Of a stretch of 64,000 nucleotides of DNA, positions 13,524-26,654 are shown piece by piece. The stretch spans positions 220,805 through 284,804 of the forward strand of contig NMRA01000425.1 of assembly GCA_002633005.1 (NCBI GenBank), given 5' to 3'. The notes under the pieces were generated by a model, which saw only the letters and a program-made list of their open reading frames with translations, was not told where the DNA came from and did not search any database. Numbering within the stretch: the first letter of the stretch is position 1; each line of letters starts with the position of its first letter. The DNA is from Phoronis australis. Its lineage: Eukaryota; Animalia; Phoronida. Made by a program: the position numbers and the translations under genes.

Positions 13524-14318
13524 ATGGCACGTCACAGAGCATCACGTGTCTCTATGAGAACCTGTCTTGTCATTCTGTCTGGGGTTCTGTTTGGGTTCTT
13601 CGTCACTTCTTGGTGGAAACGAACGATCTTACCATGTGGTACGACAGTCGATAAGGACCTAGATGACTTGGACGAACTCTTTGAAAAGGCCCTTGAGTCT
13701 ACACGGAGGCCACCTGTGCTGGTAAAAAAACCTAACATCATATCTAGATCAGAAAACTTGGTTCTGATTGGTGTGATGACGGCTCAGATCTATTTAGATT
13801 CCCGTGCACTTGCGGTCCACCAAACTTGGCAGAATTTCATTCCTGGTCATGTTCGGTATTTTTCACGGTTCAACTCAACTAGTAAACATAACTTGCCGGT
13901 TGTCGGGCTGGAGGGAGTCGATGACTCATACCCCCCTCAGAAGAAGTCCTTCATGATGCTCAAATATATGCATGACCACTATATCGACCAGTACGAATGG
14001 TTTATGCGTGCCGACGATGACGTATACATCAAACCGCATCGTCTTGCAAAGTTCTTGCGGTCACTGAACAGTTCCAAACCTCAGTTCATTGGCCAGGCTG
14101 GGCTCGGTACCAAAGACGAGTTTGGGCAACTCTCACTGGACTTGGACGAGAATTTCTGTATGGGGGGCCCTGGCGTTTTGATCAGTCGAGCGACACTGAA
14201 GCTGCTGGTGCCACACATAAGCTACTGCCTGAAGAACCTGTACTCCACACACGAGGACGTGGAGGTGGGCAGGTGCGTGAGAAGAGCTGCAGGGATCCCG
14301 TGTACCTGGGCATTTGAG
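13524..14318 (+). CDS. CHSY1: Chondroitin sulfate synthase 1-like, N-terminal coding exon A (canonical variant): type II signal anchor, stem and GT31/fringe-like domain
   Basis: The ORF carries CHSY1 motifs GVMTA, DDSYPPQKKSFMMLKYMHDHY, EWFMRADDDVY (DxD), FIGQAGLG, NFCMGGPG and HEDVEVGRC. Acceptor ttttcttttgcag ends at 13457. Phase-0 donor TTTGAG|GTGAGT follows 14318 (265 codons). Joined to the constant exon it reads CTWAFE|MQHLFY, like vertebrate CHSY1 CVWSYE|MQQLFY as recalled, and gives an 801-aa protein. Confidence 0.95.
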
Positions 14319-14359
14319 GTGAGTGTTGAATCATTTTACACTGCAGGGTAATACAGTGC

Positions 14360-14480
14360 CTATGTGGCTGAGTGGTTATAGTAGCGGGCCCTCAACCTGA
14401 AGGTGGCGAGTTCATCTCTTAAGGCATCTGTAAGTTGTAGTCATTGCTGCTGTGCCTTCAGCAAGGCACGTAAACCCGGG
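14360..14480 (+). mobile_element. Degenerate tRNA-derived SINE head
   Basis: A-box-like tggctgagtgg and B-box-like gagttcatctc, followed by gtgccttcagcaaggcacgtaaacc, which resembles a common SINE body motif. Confidence 0.45.
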
Positions 14481-17400
14481 TGGGGGGGGGTACGTGCCAC
14501 AAATTGGACAGTCTGGAAATAGTTATGGGTGATTTATCCAGACATGGTTGTTTTGAATTGTAAATCTCAAAATACTGTGGTTCCATGCTTACCCAATTAT
14601 GTGGGTGATTAACTTGAGCCAAACAGTCACCAGGGCCACTTGCTACCTTCAAAATTGATGTCCACTGTAAGTGAGACCACAGAAGTTAAAACAGCACCCT
14701 TCTTACCTATTAGCAAAGTATGTACCTTGAAATGTAGACATCCATTTTTCTAAAATATACTGCGAGTACTGTCTTATAACTTGTGGGTTGTATTCCATGT
14801 TTCAACATTCCAACCTGGCGATGACCACCATTTTGTTAGGATCTGCTGGTAAGCTCTGGAGCGTGTTTAGGAAACATGCAATTTTGTATAGTTTGGATTC
14901 ATGTCGCCTTTTTGGGAGAGTCTTACACTGAGGAAATGCAGCCAGGAGTGAAGTATTCATAAGTCTATTGACCACTGAACATATATACACTCTGACATGA
15001 GGTGGCTCATTGTTACTAGTGGTAGGGTGTTGTAGTTGGGCTGATGTACAACTCAGGGTCAGACAATTGACAAATTGTGATCTGTATCATATGTAGTGAT
15101 GTGAGCAGGGAATGATAGTGCTATTACTGATCTGGTTAGTGGTGCGCCATGTGGTGCAGGCACATTGGGTTGACAAGCTTGAGCTCCAAGTGGCTGCTGT
15201 TAAGTCTCCCCACTATTAGTCTGCTTCAGCTTCCACTGCTTGGCACTTTGTCTATCTTGCCTTTGTCTCATTAGCCAATCCTGACTATCACATCCTGTTA
15301 ATGAGACCTTCAGACAAATATCTGATAGGTCATCCAATTTATGTGTCAATCTAGAATATGGTGGGAGTTTGTGGACAGTCTTGTGATATTTTGTATCAAC
15401 CAACATGACCACATTTCTGTCTAGTCAAACTGACATTATAGCTCTTGGTGGGTGTTTGTGGACAGTCGTATGGTATTTCGTTTTAACCAACATTTCTGTC
15501 TAGTCAAATCAACATTCTAGCTCTAGTAGTCTTTAAAAAAGAAGGGTTCCAAAGTGCTGTGTGAATTAACATGAGAAATCATTGAGTACAGTGGATAGTT
15601 CCTCTTAGGAAGGCTGTAATATGTCGGACTACAAATTTTATTTTCTCATTTTTTGCAACAGATTTATGGAGCACCATCAAATCAAGGCATTACTGTTGTC
15701 AATTTTTTTTAAATATTATCGTAGCTATCATCAAACGATGTTTTGAAAAGTTGTGGATATTTATGGCAATGATATAGGTCCTTTAAAATGAAAATGGGCA
15801 ATTTATTGAATTATTTTTGCAGCAAATTGGTGAAATTTTACCAAATGGTGATTCTCAAGAAAAACCGGAGCAATTATAGATAATAAAAGTTACATGTCTT
15901 GATGTCCTCTGGTGAAATTGTTTCATTTTTTGTAAAGTCATTTTTAAAATTTTCTATAAAAACATTTCAGTTGATAACATTAAGATCTTCAGTTCTTGTC
16001 CCCCAACCTCTGAACATTGCCACTTAAGGTCAGGAAAAGGCATTCTGACGAGCAACCATCGTTAAAAGGTGAATTGCTTTCTCCCACTTTTTCCCACTTT
16101 TAATGAGACTATTTGTTTTAAGCAAGTTTTTGGTATCGTTTCAAAATTCGTAGCATCTCTAGAATATACTGAATTTCAATGTGTATTTGGAGAATAAGGC
16201 TAAGCCTGGATTTTGCAGTTACGGTAAATTCAAGAGCGCAGTGTATGAATATTGACTCCAATCTTTGATTCGTGAATAGCCAATTATAACAATGTTTTAT
16301 CGTTGCTTTTCATTAATGCGTTTTCTTCATGTTTTAAACTTAATTTGTCGAGAAAACAGAAATGTGCAAATACAAGGTGTGGAATGAAACTATGTGTGTT
16401 ATAGGGATACAGATTAAATCCGTTGCAATTGTTGTTGACGATAAATAAAAATCAGTCTTCCATTTAAATCTTGAACGACATGCAGTTGATGTGATTAAAA
16501 TCAAGATACTTAAAAGTTGATGATTTTACAGTTCAATATTTTTAATGAGTGTTGTCTTTGTAGCAACAAAACTGTGTTTCATGTTTTTGTTAGAAGTCAG
16601 TGAAAGCATGCGTAATAATTCAATCTTGTTTTCCACATTTTGTTGCCTGTATGGACTAAAAGATCTCATCTTTATGATTTTATCTGTAATTCAAGGGCAA
16701 AATATATCTTTGAAGCTACAAATTGATTTATTTTTATGTTGGAATGTGGTAAACATGCCATCACCATTCCCAATTTTTCTTATTAGATGTCTCTCATATT
16801 AGCCCGGCTCCATCACTGCTGAGTTTGTTTTGGCAGTGACTGTGTATGTATGAAAAACATGTGAAATGTTATTCTGATTCTGACAACTAATGTCAGTGTT
16901 ATTGCCTTGATGATACACATGAAACAAATTTGGATCTGTCGCCACTAGGTGTCAGCCCGTGTCACTGTAACGGTTTGTTGTCCTAAGAGGGATGAGATGT
17001 GATGAAACACAGGGTTAGTTCACAACGGAAATTCATTCGTGTTCACCATATGGACAAGAATGAATTTTTAAATGCTCAGCTGTGACATTTTCCACATTTC
17101 CTTCAGGTCACATTCAAGTTATAATGCTCAGCTCCATTCTCCCAAATTATTTGTACTTCGTTTCAAGTCTTCATATGATCTGTAGGGCTTGGAATTATCT
17201 TCTTTTAAGATGATTTCCTCTTTTATTTTGACTTAATTGATGCAAAAACATTTATTTCAGTTGAATTTTACAACAATATTGCTATCGCTCAAGCCTACTT
17301 ATTTGTGGAATGATACATCACCTGGAAATTTTTCCACTTTTTGTCACTGATCATTCTGAGATCTAGCATAAGATTCCAGTAAGTTTGATATCCTGATTAT

Positions 17401-18250
17401 CCCATTGTTCTGAACACAAATAGGTGAATGTAACTTGAGTTGATTGTTACTAAATTCAACCTCAAGACTGGTAAATATAATGTCGTGGGATAATTATTGG
17501 ATTTCATGTATTCTTTGATGTTTGACTTAGTAATGATTTAAGTGTTTTGAACCTTTTCTTTATTAGCGATTAAAGAAAATTCAAATGTAACGTGACTACA
17601 CAAATTAGGTTTAATTTTCTTCCATTAATTTTCACTCTGTTTTGCTCAGAGGGTCATTAAATGTGAAGCTAGAATTGCTACATTTCATGATAGAATGCTT
17701 TAAGGTCATAGGTACCACGATTTATAATCTCATTTATTTTATACCTGGTATTCTCAGAAGTTTACTTACAGTACATGACAAAATTAGACATAGTGCTGTT
17801 TTCCTGAAATGCCGGCTAATTCTGTTAACAGCAAAAATTGTCGCTAACAAAGATTAATGTAGCAAATTTTTAATGTCAAAATGATGCAGTCAACTCACTA
17901 ACTTTCTTGTTAATTCCCTTTCCTTCTCAGTCACGAGGGGAGACAACTCTGATGATGAATTCAGCTTCCGCCCAGCTGTCATGACAAATTTCAGATCATT
18001 TTGTCTGAATACTTGTGTCTTGCACTGTATACAGTTGACAGTTTTCGTTGTGTTGAATCTTGCATCACTTTGTTCCTGCGTTTTTGCAACTGTGTCACCT
18101 TATTTACCTTCAACCATCATGAGCTAATGGAGTAAACTCTCTGTTTTCACCTGTCAGCTTTTGTTGGTTTCAGAGGACCACAGAAATTTCATTATAAATT
18201 GAGAATTAATGTCTGCTGGGTGGGTGGATGGACGATACAACCGTCTAGAN

Positions 18251-18428
18251 GACACACATAGATATTGGAGCAGAGCAAACAATGTGCTATAAGGGACACA
18301 CATAGATATTGGAGAAGAGCAAACAATGTGCTATAAGGGACACACATAGATATTGGAGCAGAGCAAACAATGTGCTATAAGGGACACACATAGAAATTGG
18401 AGCAGAGCAAACGATATGCTATAAGGGA
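18251..18428. repeat. Tandem repeat, 44-bp unit x4, bracketed by a ~107-bp direct duplication (18142-18249 / 18449-18556)
   Basis: Unit gacacacatagatattggagcagagcaaacaatgtgctataagg; single N at 18250. Confidence 0.9.
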
Positions 18429-21400
18429 CGTCCATTAAATTCACGTCATGTTTTCACCTGTCAGCTTTTGTTGGTTTTGAGGACCACAGAAATTTCATTA
18501 TAAATTGAGAATTAATGTCTGCTGGGTGGGTGGATGGACGATACAACCGTCTAGACGACAATGTATTTTTCTTAGAGGGGATTACCTTACTCCTGTACAA
18601 AACTCAATTGTTTTGACTGAGAGTCAAAAATCATCTGGTATATCTTATGTAGACCCAGTAGTGGAAAGATGACATTTCATTTGATGAAAGTCCCTGGCAA
18701 AACTGACAAGAGGTGTACCTCGATTGTTTGTTTGTAGAAGGGTCATAAAGCTTGTACTATTTGCGTTTATTGAGGTGGTTGATTTGAGCCACATGTTAGT
18801 AATGGAAGCTCCATGCTTAATTCCTGTTCTTGGTTCCTTGACACAGTGTGGTGCCGCCCACTGCCTTGATATGGTTACTTGAGTTCAATGAGGTCCTGTA
18901 CTCATTGTTTACTGGTAGTTTGTGGTCACAGAGTGGAAACAGTGAGAAGCGACAGGGAAACTCCAGCAAGTTTTCTTGATTCTGGAATTTGGGACGAGGG
19001 TGATTTTTGGCATTTTTTTAGTTCTCAAAGTTCGCATGCCTCGAACTATAGCATGACACTTGGCTTACCTCAAAATCCAACTCTGCCTGGTGGTAATTGG
19101 CTCAACTATGTTGCACCTCCCTCCCCGCATAATTAATGAGGAGTATTGTATTGTTACATAACACAAATGTTTTTAGACTGTATAACTCACATTCCTTCTC
19201 CAATTTTCAAAATTCATCAACCTAATCATGTGTACTTTTCATGACTATTCAAATTTGTTACTTAAAAACTTTCAAAACGAAAATTTAAAAATGCTATTGT
19301 TGTAGGCAAACTGCCCGAGTTGCCGAGTCTCTACCGATGAGATTGGCAACATAGGATTCTTTTCATAGGGATAATGTTTTGTTGTGTTGTTTTCAGCGTA
19401 TAGAGCGGGTAATTCTGCTGTCTTTTCAGTGGTTCTTGAAATTGGGACAGCATGTCTCTTTGACCCAACTTTTTCTAGAATTTGGGACAAAGAAGCTCCG
19501 ACCTTGAGCAAAGTAATTAATTAGACATCATCCCAAATTCGAGAAGTTTTACCCTATTTAAAGCTGCACATCACAACATTTTGTAGGCGAAAATCAAAAA
19601 TTAAGTTTTTTACTCTTATAAAATCGGTCTCTTATGGAATCTATCTCATAACAGTTCCTTAACCATGACAATTATTGTGTTTCCTTGACTGTCGAAAGCA
19701 TGAGAAGTATTATGAAAATACCCCAGTTTAGTTCAAAGTTAAAAATGATGCATGTACTCATTTGCCTATGACTTGAGTGTCGGGTTCTTTGGCAACAATT
19801 CAAGGTCTATTAGCATGGTAATAATTTTTGAAACCCCAAAGTGTTTCAGTTATGAATTCAGCATTGACTAGCTAACAGCGGCAAAATGCACCTTTATTGC
19901 TATTAATGGCCTTTCTAAAATAATGCATTGACAACTCTAATAATACTGATAGTTTGAAGAATAACTGCAATAATTAGACAAGTAATGGTTTTTATGAAAT
20001 ATGTTCACTATAATGTGTGTGTAACACAAAGATTAATTGATTAAACTCTTGAACCGAGTAATTGCTCAGTGACAGGTGTGTTTACCCAGAATTTGCTCTT
20101 AATCAAGCATTTTAAAACACCATTATGCTAGACTATTAAAACATTATAGCTTTTATGATGTTTTTGTTAGCAGAAATGCCAGTCTAACAGAAGTGCAGCA
20201 ATAGATGGATTCACTCAAGTATAAATTAAAATATTTTAGTTAAAATGTTCCTAGTTAAAATGGTTTAGCTTCGAAACTTGATTTCGTCAAAATTTTTAAT
20301 GGAATCGAACACCAGCTGCAGCTGTTGATTTTTGTACGAAACTGTTATTTACCACCGTACTGTNTTTTATGTGATTAAACAACACTGCAACACTAGTGAT
20401 GTTTCCTTTTCTGTAAAAAAGCTGTCCTGTAGTTGTGTGTGACATTTCAAAATGTTCTGGTTAAAACATCAAAATGCATTTAAAGCATGCGATTTTGTGG
20501 AACGTTTTATGTTATAACTATTCTAGCTTTAACAGTTTAAAATGCATGCACTGATAGAACTTTAACTGTGTCATTCATTTCAGTTTCATAGTCAAAATTC
20601 AACCTATAGTGATTAAAAAAATGAATGTTTGTGTTCCTTAAAATTACTTTGATCAAAAACAAGATTACTGTGTTCTGTTGGTGAAAACTGTAAGTCACAA
20701 CAAAGCAGATTTAAAGCCAGAACATGACGGGAAGGCGGGTGGGGGGGGTGGGAGTGCATCTAAAGTAGAAGATTCATCTGGACCTTTGTAATAGGGAGTG
20801 TATTAGTGCTCCTGTCCTTATAATGTGTAGGGTTCCTGTACAGTCTTCCATGTCTTGTAAGCAGTAGTACTGTTCAAGGTTGATGAAAAAGTTGGTTGAA
20901 ATTATGAAACCTGTCCCAGGTTACACAGCAACACTTGAATTTTGCTGTATTTACCCACAATGCCGTAAACATCCGTCTGGCACATTAGCTGCCTCACTGG
21001 CGCGCCATTGGAGTTTTGCGTGTTAGTTGTTGTTGTCTTATTATTTATAATTTTTTTCTCTGCTGCTTTAGTCTATTTGTCCTTCCAATGCTAATAAAGT
21101 ATTACTGAGCTGTGCTGTAGGCTGCTGTGAGAAAGTTTAATAAACTGGACAAATACCTGTGGATGCGTGATGTGAAATTCTTCACCTTCCCAACGTCAAT
21201 GAGAGACATGAAAATGTGCCCGATTTCCAAAACGAGGTCTTGCGCTTACTTATCTCCGGGACATTAAGGAGAGTCCTGTCGCCGTGCCATCTGGGGTGGC
21301 CCTATTGGTTGGAAAGTTAACATTCTGATATTCCTATTGGTTGAAAGTTAAGAAATGCCTTTATGCACGTGACAGCAATAACTACACATGACTCATGCAC

Positions 21401-21610
21401 TCCCCACACGTTAATATTTCGCGACTCGTTCAGGATAACAAAGGTGTCTATTAAAGCATATAATGACTCACTATACCTTCTGATTTTCTTTCCTCTTCAA
21501 ACGTCATAACTGGGCCAATTGCCCACACTGAATCATAATTGTAAAAACACCATCCTCGCACTTTGCCACTCTTCCGTAGGTGGCGCTGTGAAAGAGTATA
21601 ACACTAAAAT

Positions 21611-22573
21611 TACGAGGAGCGGAAAGGGCAAAAATTGTGAAAAAAAGAAAATCAGCTCTTTTTTGTAAATTCAATTGTATTTAATGAATTCAATGCTATT
21701 TAAATATAATTAAATCCTGTTTCCTAAATTCAAATCTATTCTATTAATTCAACCCAATTTAAAATAAAAATCCAACCTGTTCGATAATTCATCTTAGTTT
21801 GAAAATTCAATTAAATCTAATAAAATCCATCCTGTGTAGAAGATCCCGTTGCTTTTATAAAGTCAGATGGTGTTTTAAATATTCAAGCTACAGCCATTTA
21901 TTCAGTCCCTTTCTGGAGATTCAGTCAACATTCGTAAACTGAGTGTGTAAAATTGATTGTGTTTAAATAAAAAATTATCCTGTTTTGGAAATTCTATTTT
22001 GCAAATCCTGGTGGTGGGAAGCAAAACTAGTTTGTCACGTGACTGAAAATGGTGTAGCTCACTCTGGTGCTCTTTGTTAATGAGATTAAAAATATTAAAG
22101 TTCAGATTCTTGCAGGCAATTTTTTTGGTGGAAATGTATACACTGTACACGCTTGAGCATTCGTTGCGAAGACTTTTTGATCTGACTAACTTAGAAGGAT
22201 CGACGTTAATACTGATACGGGCTTCAGCCTTTCATAGCGGGATTAATATCGGGAATCGCTGACAGGATTGAAGACTCTAATAAAACACGATCGATTTTTA
22301 TAACGGGGTTAGTTTTGTAAATTGCCAAAAGGATTGACAAAACAGGGCCGATTTTATAAAACATGCTCGATTCTCCGAAACAGGTTCGCTTCCAAACAGG
22401 GTTGTTTTCCATAGAATTGAATTTAGAAAACAGGAATGATTTTTAAGTAGGATTAAATTTACAAAATAGAATGTAATGATATTTTAAGCAAGGTGAATTT
22501 ATTAAATAGAGTTGAATTTACAAAGCAGGGTTGCTTTTCGTTTTCACAATTTTTGCCCTTTCCATCCTTCCTA
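21611..22573. mobile_element. Non-autonomous foldback-like TIR element with 6-bp TSD (IS3EU-like)
   Basis: Left end tacgaggagcggaaagggcaaaaattgtgaaaa pairs with right end ttttcacaatttttgccctttccatccttccta. TAAAAT is duplicated at 21605-21610 and 22574-22579. Internal AT-rich short repeats run in opposite orientations. Confidence 0.7.
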
Positions 22574-24614
22574 TAAAATGACATCAATTAAAAGTATTTG
22601 ATATCACATCCAAGTACATTTTAAATGTGACTGATGTGTTGAACATGTTCTTGATTATTTTGATTATTTGGAATCAAAATTTCATTTTTCAAATTCAGAT
22701 AATAATAGAATTTTGAGTTAATATTCCATGTTTCAAAGTTCAATTTCAATTTGAAAATTGAACTGGAATCCATCACAGGGACCGTCATGATTCCCCACCT
22801 CCTTGGGCGTTGACCCCTTTAAGTAAGGTAGTGTCCTGCAGTGTCCTGCTGTGTGATAGCATTCCCTAATGAAGCATTAACAATCAATCAGTGGTCACAT
22901 TACTTGACAGACTAAACAATTTAAATGCAGGATCTACAGTAACCACTTTAAATTACAAAAGCCACATGTTTTAAAGATGTAATTTTCTTTTAAGTATTTG
23001 TTAGAAACTGTGCTTATTTTTGTTTTTACTCCAAGGAAGCAAGTGTCTTGGGGCAACTAAGTATCTACACCAACTGCATGCTTCTTAAAGAATTTGCTAT
23101 TATAAGTTACAGTCTTTAACCCTAACGTTGTCCTCACAGGAAGTGAGATGCATTATTCCTGTAGGAGTCAACAAGGTGGAGATGATTTAGCCAAATTATT
23201 GGCTTCAGACCTAGGTTTCACAGGGCCTTCATCTGCATAATGTGGTCAGGCCTGCATGTCAATCTTATTCTAAATCAATGAACTTCAACTATCCTAATAT
23301 ATCGGGTTTATCTAGAGGGTTTCTACTTTCAACAATTTTGAAAGAGTACTTTTAAAACTTGGAATTCTGAAACAAAATTTGGTGCATTCTTGACAACTAG
23401 ATTCATTAGTGCCATCTAATGGATGGTTTCTCAGTCCGGCATATCTAAACTATTTAATAATAGCTACTTAACTCTACATGTATTTGAAACGGAGCAACTT
23501 GCTCTTAAAAGCCATTTTTACTCAAGAAACAATTGTGACTGCATGAGCTGCTGGGCTTATTAGTTGCATTTAGGTACATGACTCCAGATTGCAAATTGGA
23601 TCAACATGAGTCATCACACTAAGACTGTCCACGTGTGCTCACATAAAGAATAGAGATTGTCCAAAACCCGCGGAATGCCATTGGATCACCTGCATAAACC
23701 TTATGCCACAAGCGTAACAGGGGTGCTCCCTTCCGCTTTCTCCCAGTTTGTGTTTGGACATGTAGTGGAGCGACTGATCGATCGAGTAAAACTTGATCTG
23801 CTTCTGAAACTGGTGTCAGAAGTGGTCACTACCGTGTCAACTTGCTACAGTGTTGATTCGCTGTTCCGTGTCGGCTGCTCCTTGTCAAAAGTTCCTTGTA
23901 TAAATACAAATTATAAATTAATGAATTTCCGGTTGTTTTCTAATCACTTCTTCTGAAATATTGGGAGCAATTTGATTCCTGGGTTGTAGCGGAAAGTTAG
24001 GTTTTAGCCATGCGTTAACTGTCAATTAAAAAAATCCTCAATGAATATTCATATTTTGATGTAAAATATTGTTCCAGTTCGGTTCGTGACACTTGTAAAA
24101 AAGAAAATTAGTTGAGACAACTGTAAAAATAATTTGTGTTGTTCTGCGATCTCAGCTGTGACAAACTTATAGTTAGCTTTAAGGTCAGTGGTCTTCACAA
24201 CCTGTTGCTTGAAGTGATGAAAGTCTGTTTTAGAAGTCACACACAGACTAAACAAACAAGTGTCCTGAGATATGATACTTTGGAGTGTTTGTTTTTAAAT
24301 CCAATGTTGGTAAATGTTTAGTGTTTAGAGAGAGATATCTCCACTGGTTGTTGTGTTTACCATTTTGTTTATATCATTTCTTAAAAACACTTTCTGTGCA
24401 TTAGATTACGTGATAAGTTGTTCTAGGTGAAAATAGCGAAGTTTGGGACGGGTCTCCAAAATTTGGGACAACGAAATTTGAGTGGAGTTAAATTTTTTGA
24501 TCGTGAAGATTGGGCCGTGGGTTCTGTCATTTTTCTCAAGTATCTGACACTACCCGAAATAATGTTTAGTTCATTGTTGTACACAGTTGCTGTTTTTACA
24601 GGAGTAACAGTAAT

Positions 24615-24683
24615 GTCACAGTGAGAGTTGTCACGGTGAGAGTTGTCACGGTGAGAGTTGTCACGGTGAGAGTTGTCACGGTG
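24615..24683. repeat. Tandem repeat, 15-bp unit gtcacggtgagagtt
   Basis: About 4.5 copies. Confidence 0.9.
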
Positions 24684-24885
24684 CGTGCGAAAAATGCTCC
24701 ACTGAAATCACATTTACTCTATATTAAGATCGCTAACTAGATGACCATGAGTCATTTACACAAAGATTGTATGGACATGCTGGACCAAACAATACCAAAT
24801 GTGTGAAATGCTAGTGAATCACCCAAAAATATGCTGTTGTGCAAGCGCATTGAGAGTTGATCTCTTTCCGCCCTGTCCCAAGTTG

Positions 24886-24972
24886 TGTTTAGATTATTTG
24901 TGCTACTCACTCTATGTTTAGATTATTTGTGCTACTCACTCTATGTTTAGATTATTTGTGCTACTCACGCTA
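24886..24972. repeat. Tandem repeat, 29-bp unit x3 (tgtttagattatttgtgctactcactcta)
   Basis: Seen directly in the sequence. Confidence 0.9.
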
Positions 24973-25260
24973 TCAAACCAGTGTCCAAAATGGCCGCCGC
25001 TACGGTGTCAGCTTGTTCCGTGTCGGCCGTGTTAACATGCGCACACTTGCGCCCAATCAGCTGTTTCGTGTTACTGGCTCCGCACAAATGCAGCTAATTA
25101 TGTATACTACGTACATTACAAAAAGTTACATAATTATGTACATCGGATTCTTCTTATACCACGAGCGACTATAAAATACTTAAATTTAAGTTATCACACT
25201 TGAGCGCATGACATTTTCTAAGGTAACATCACACTTTAAATGTTTACATCTTGAATATTG

Positions 25261-25995
25261 TTTTTATGCGCCCACATATTTATATGTGAACGCATTATGC
25301 CGTCATCTGCGTCTGTCCGTCCAGCGTCTGCTGCTCTACCACCAAAACGGTTTGACGTATGCTCATGAAATTTTGCATATGTGTTCCTTTCATTGATGAG
25401 ACAGCATCAGCGAACTTTTGGATGGATCCGAATATCGGTATGCCCCCTAGTGGCAATTTTAGTTTTTTACGTTTACCTCTGTATCTTCAAAGGTCCTCAT
25501 CGTATTTTCATAAAATTTGGTATATAGGCATCTGTTAGAAAGACGACGACATCCTCCCATTTTCGGATGGATTCGATGTAGTTTGCGCTACCTTGTGGCC
25601 ATTTTTACTGTTTTCAAGTCCACCCCTCTATCAACCAAACCGCTCTAAGTATGATTGTGAAAATTGGCATGTATGTTCTTACTATGACGAGGACGGTTGA
25701 CGCTGAATTTTTCTTGACTTTGATTACTGTGGCGCCTCCTAGTGGCAGTTTTTTTTTGCGCCCATGGCTGTATCTCCCAAACCGTTTGCAGNTGAGTATA
25801 TCATTGTCCATACATTCTTAACTGAGAAATGTATGCCATGGTAAGTTAGACACTACTCGTATTTTTTTTCTTCATTTAAAATCCACTTTTTGTAGTTTTT
25901 AAATTGTCGCCTTTTTGAAAATTTTGCATTTGTTGAAAGAAATTAAAAAATTTTAAGGTGAGATCGACGATGAAACCAAGAGCATAAACAATCAT
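25261..25995. mobile_element. Dispersed repeat resembling DINE-1/Helentron-associated (HINE) elements
   Basis: T-run start, gtctgtccgtcc microsatellite, internal repeated aaatttgg/gccccctagtggc units. Fragments of the same family lie at ~1840-1935 and ~5195-5250. Confidence 0.5.
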
Positions 25996-26654
25996 GGCCC
26001 TATGCTGATTCGATAAGAATTGTGATTTGTAGCTGGCGAACAAAAACAAACTAAAAAATTACAAAAGTGCAGCAATAAGTCAACAAAGGAACAGCGTCAT
26101 CAGAAAATCCTGAATAAAAAAGATGTCCTAGTAATCATCTTCTGAAAGCTTGTTCAAAACTCTATCAAGCAGAGGGTAGTTTTACAAAGTTTTTGAAAAA
26201 TTTCAAGTTTTGTGTTTTTTGGAAATTGAAAGTCAAATAACTCAAAAATAGTAAGTAAGTTCATTTGAAAGAGTACACCTTAAAGAATCTACATGCAAAT
26301 ATTTACCTCATATGTTCTTCCTGCTCGATGCAGCACCCCAACACGATTGAAAAATGATTAAAATGCGTTAGGTCTGCCATTTTGAAAACAACTTCTGATT
26401 TAAGTAGCTTATAACACATGAAAAATTTCAAAGCAATTGGTTCTAAAGTAGGACAAAGCAATTGGTTCTACAATGGGTCCTATACAGGACATATAGCCTG
26501 TGTTAACAAGTTGTACAGGTCAGCTGATACCCGCTTGTTATGATAATAATTACTATTATAGATTTGTTCACCTGGGTAACTGAGTTGCTCACAACACCTG
26601 TATATTTTCTGAAGTATGTCACTGTTTCTGTACAGGAGTTTGGGCCTTTGATAC

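Noticed and set aside
18142-18556. LTR-like direct repeats around a 44-bp array
   Set aside because: The junction contains an N, there is no PBS/PPT or coding remnant, and it is probably a scaffolding or allelic artefact.
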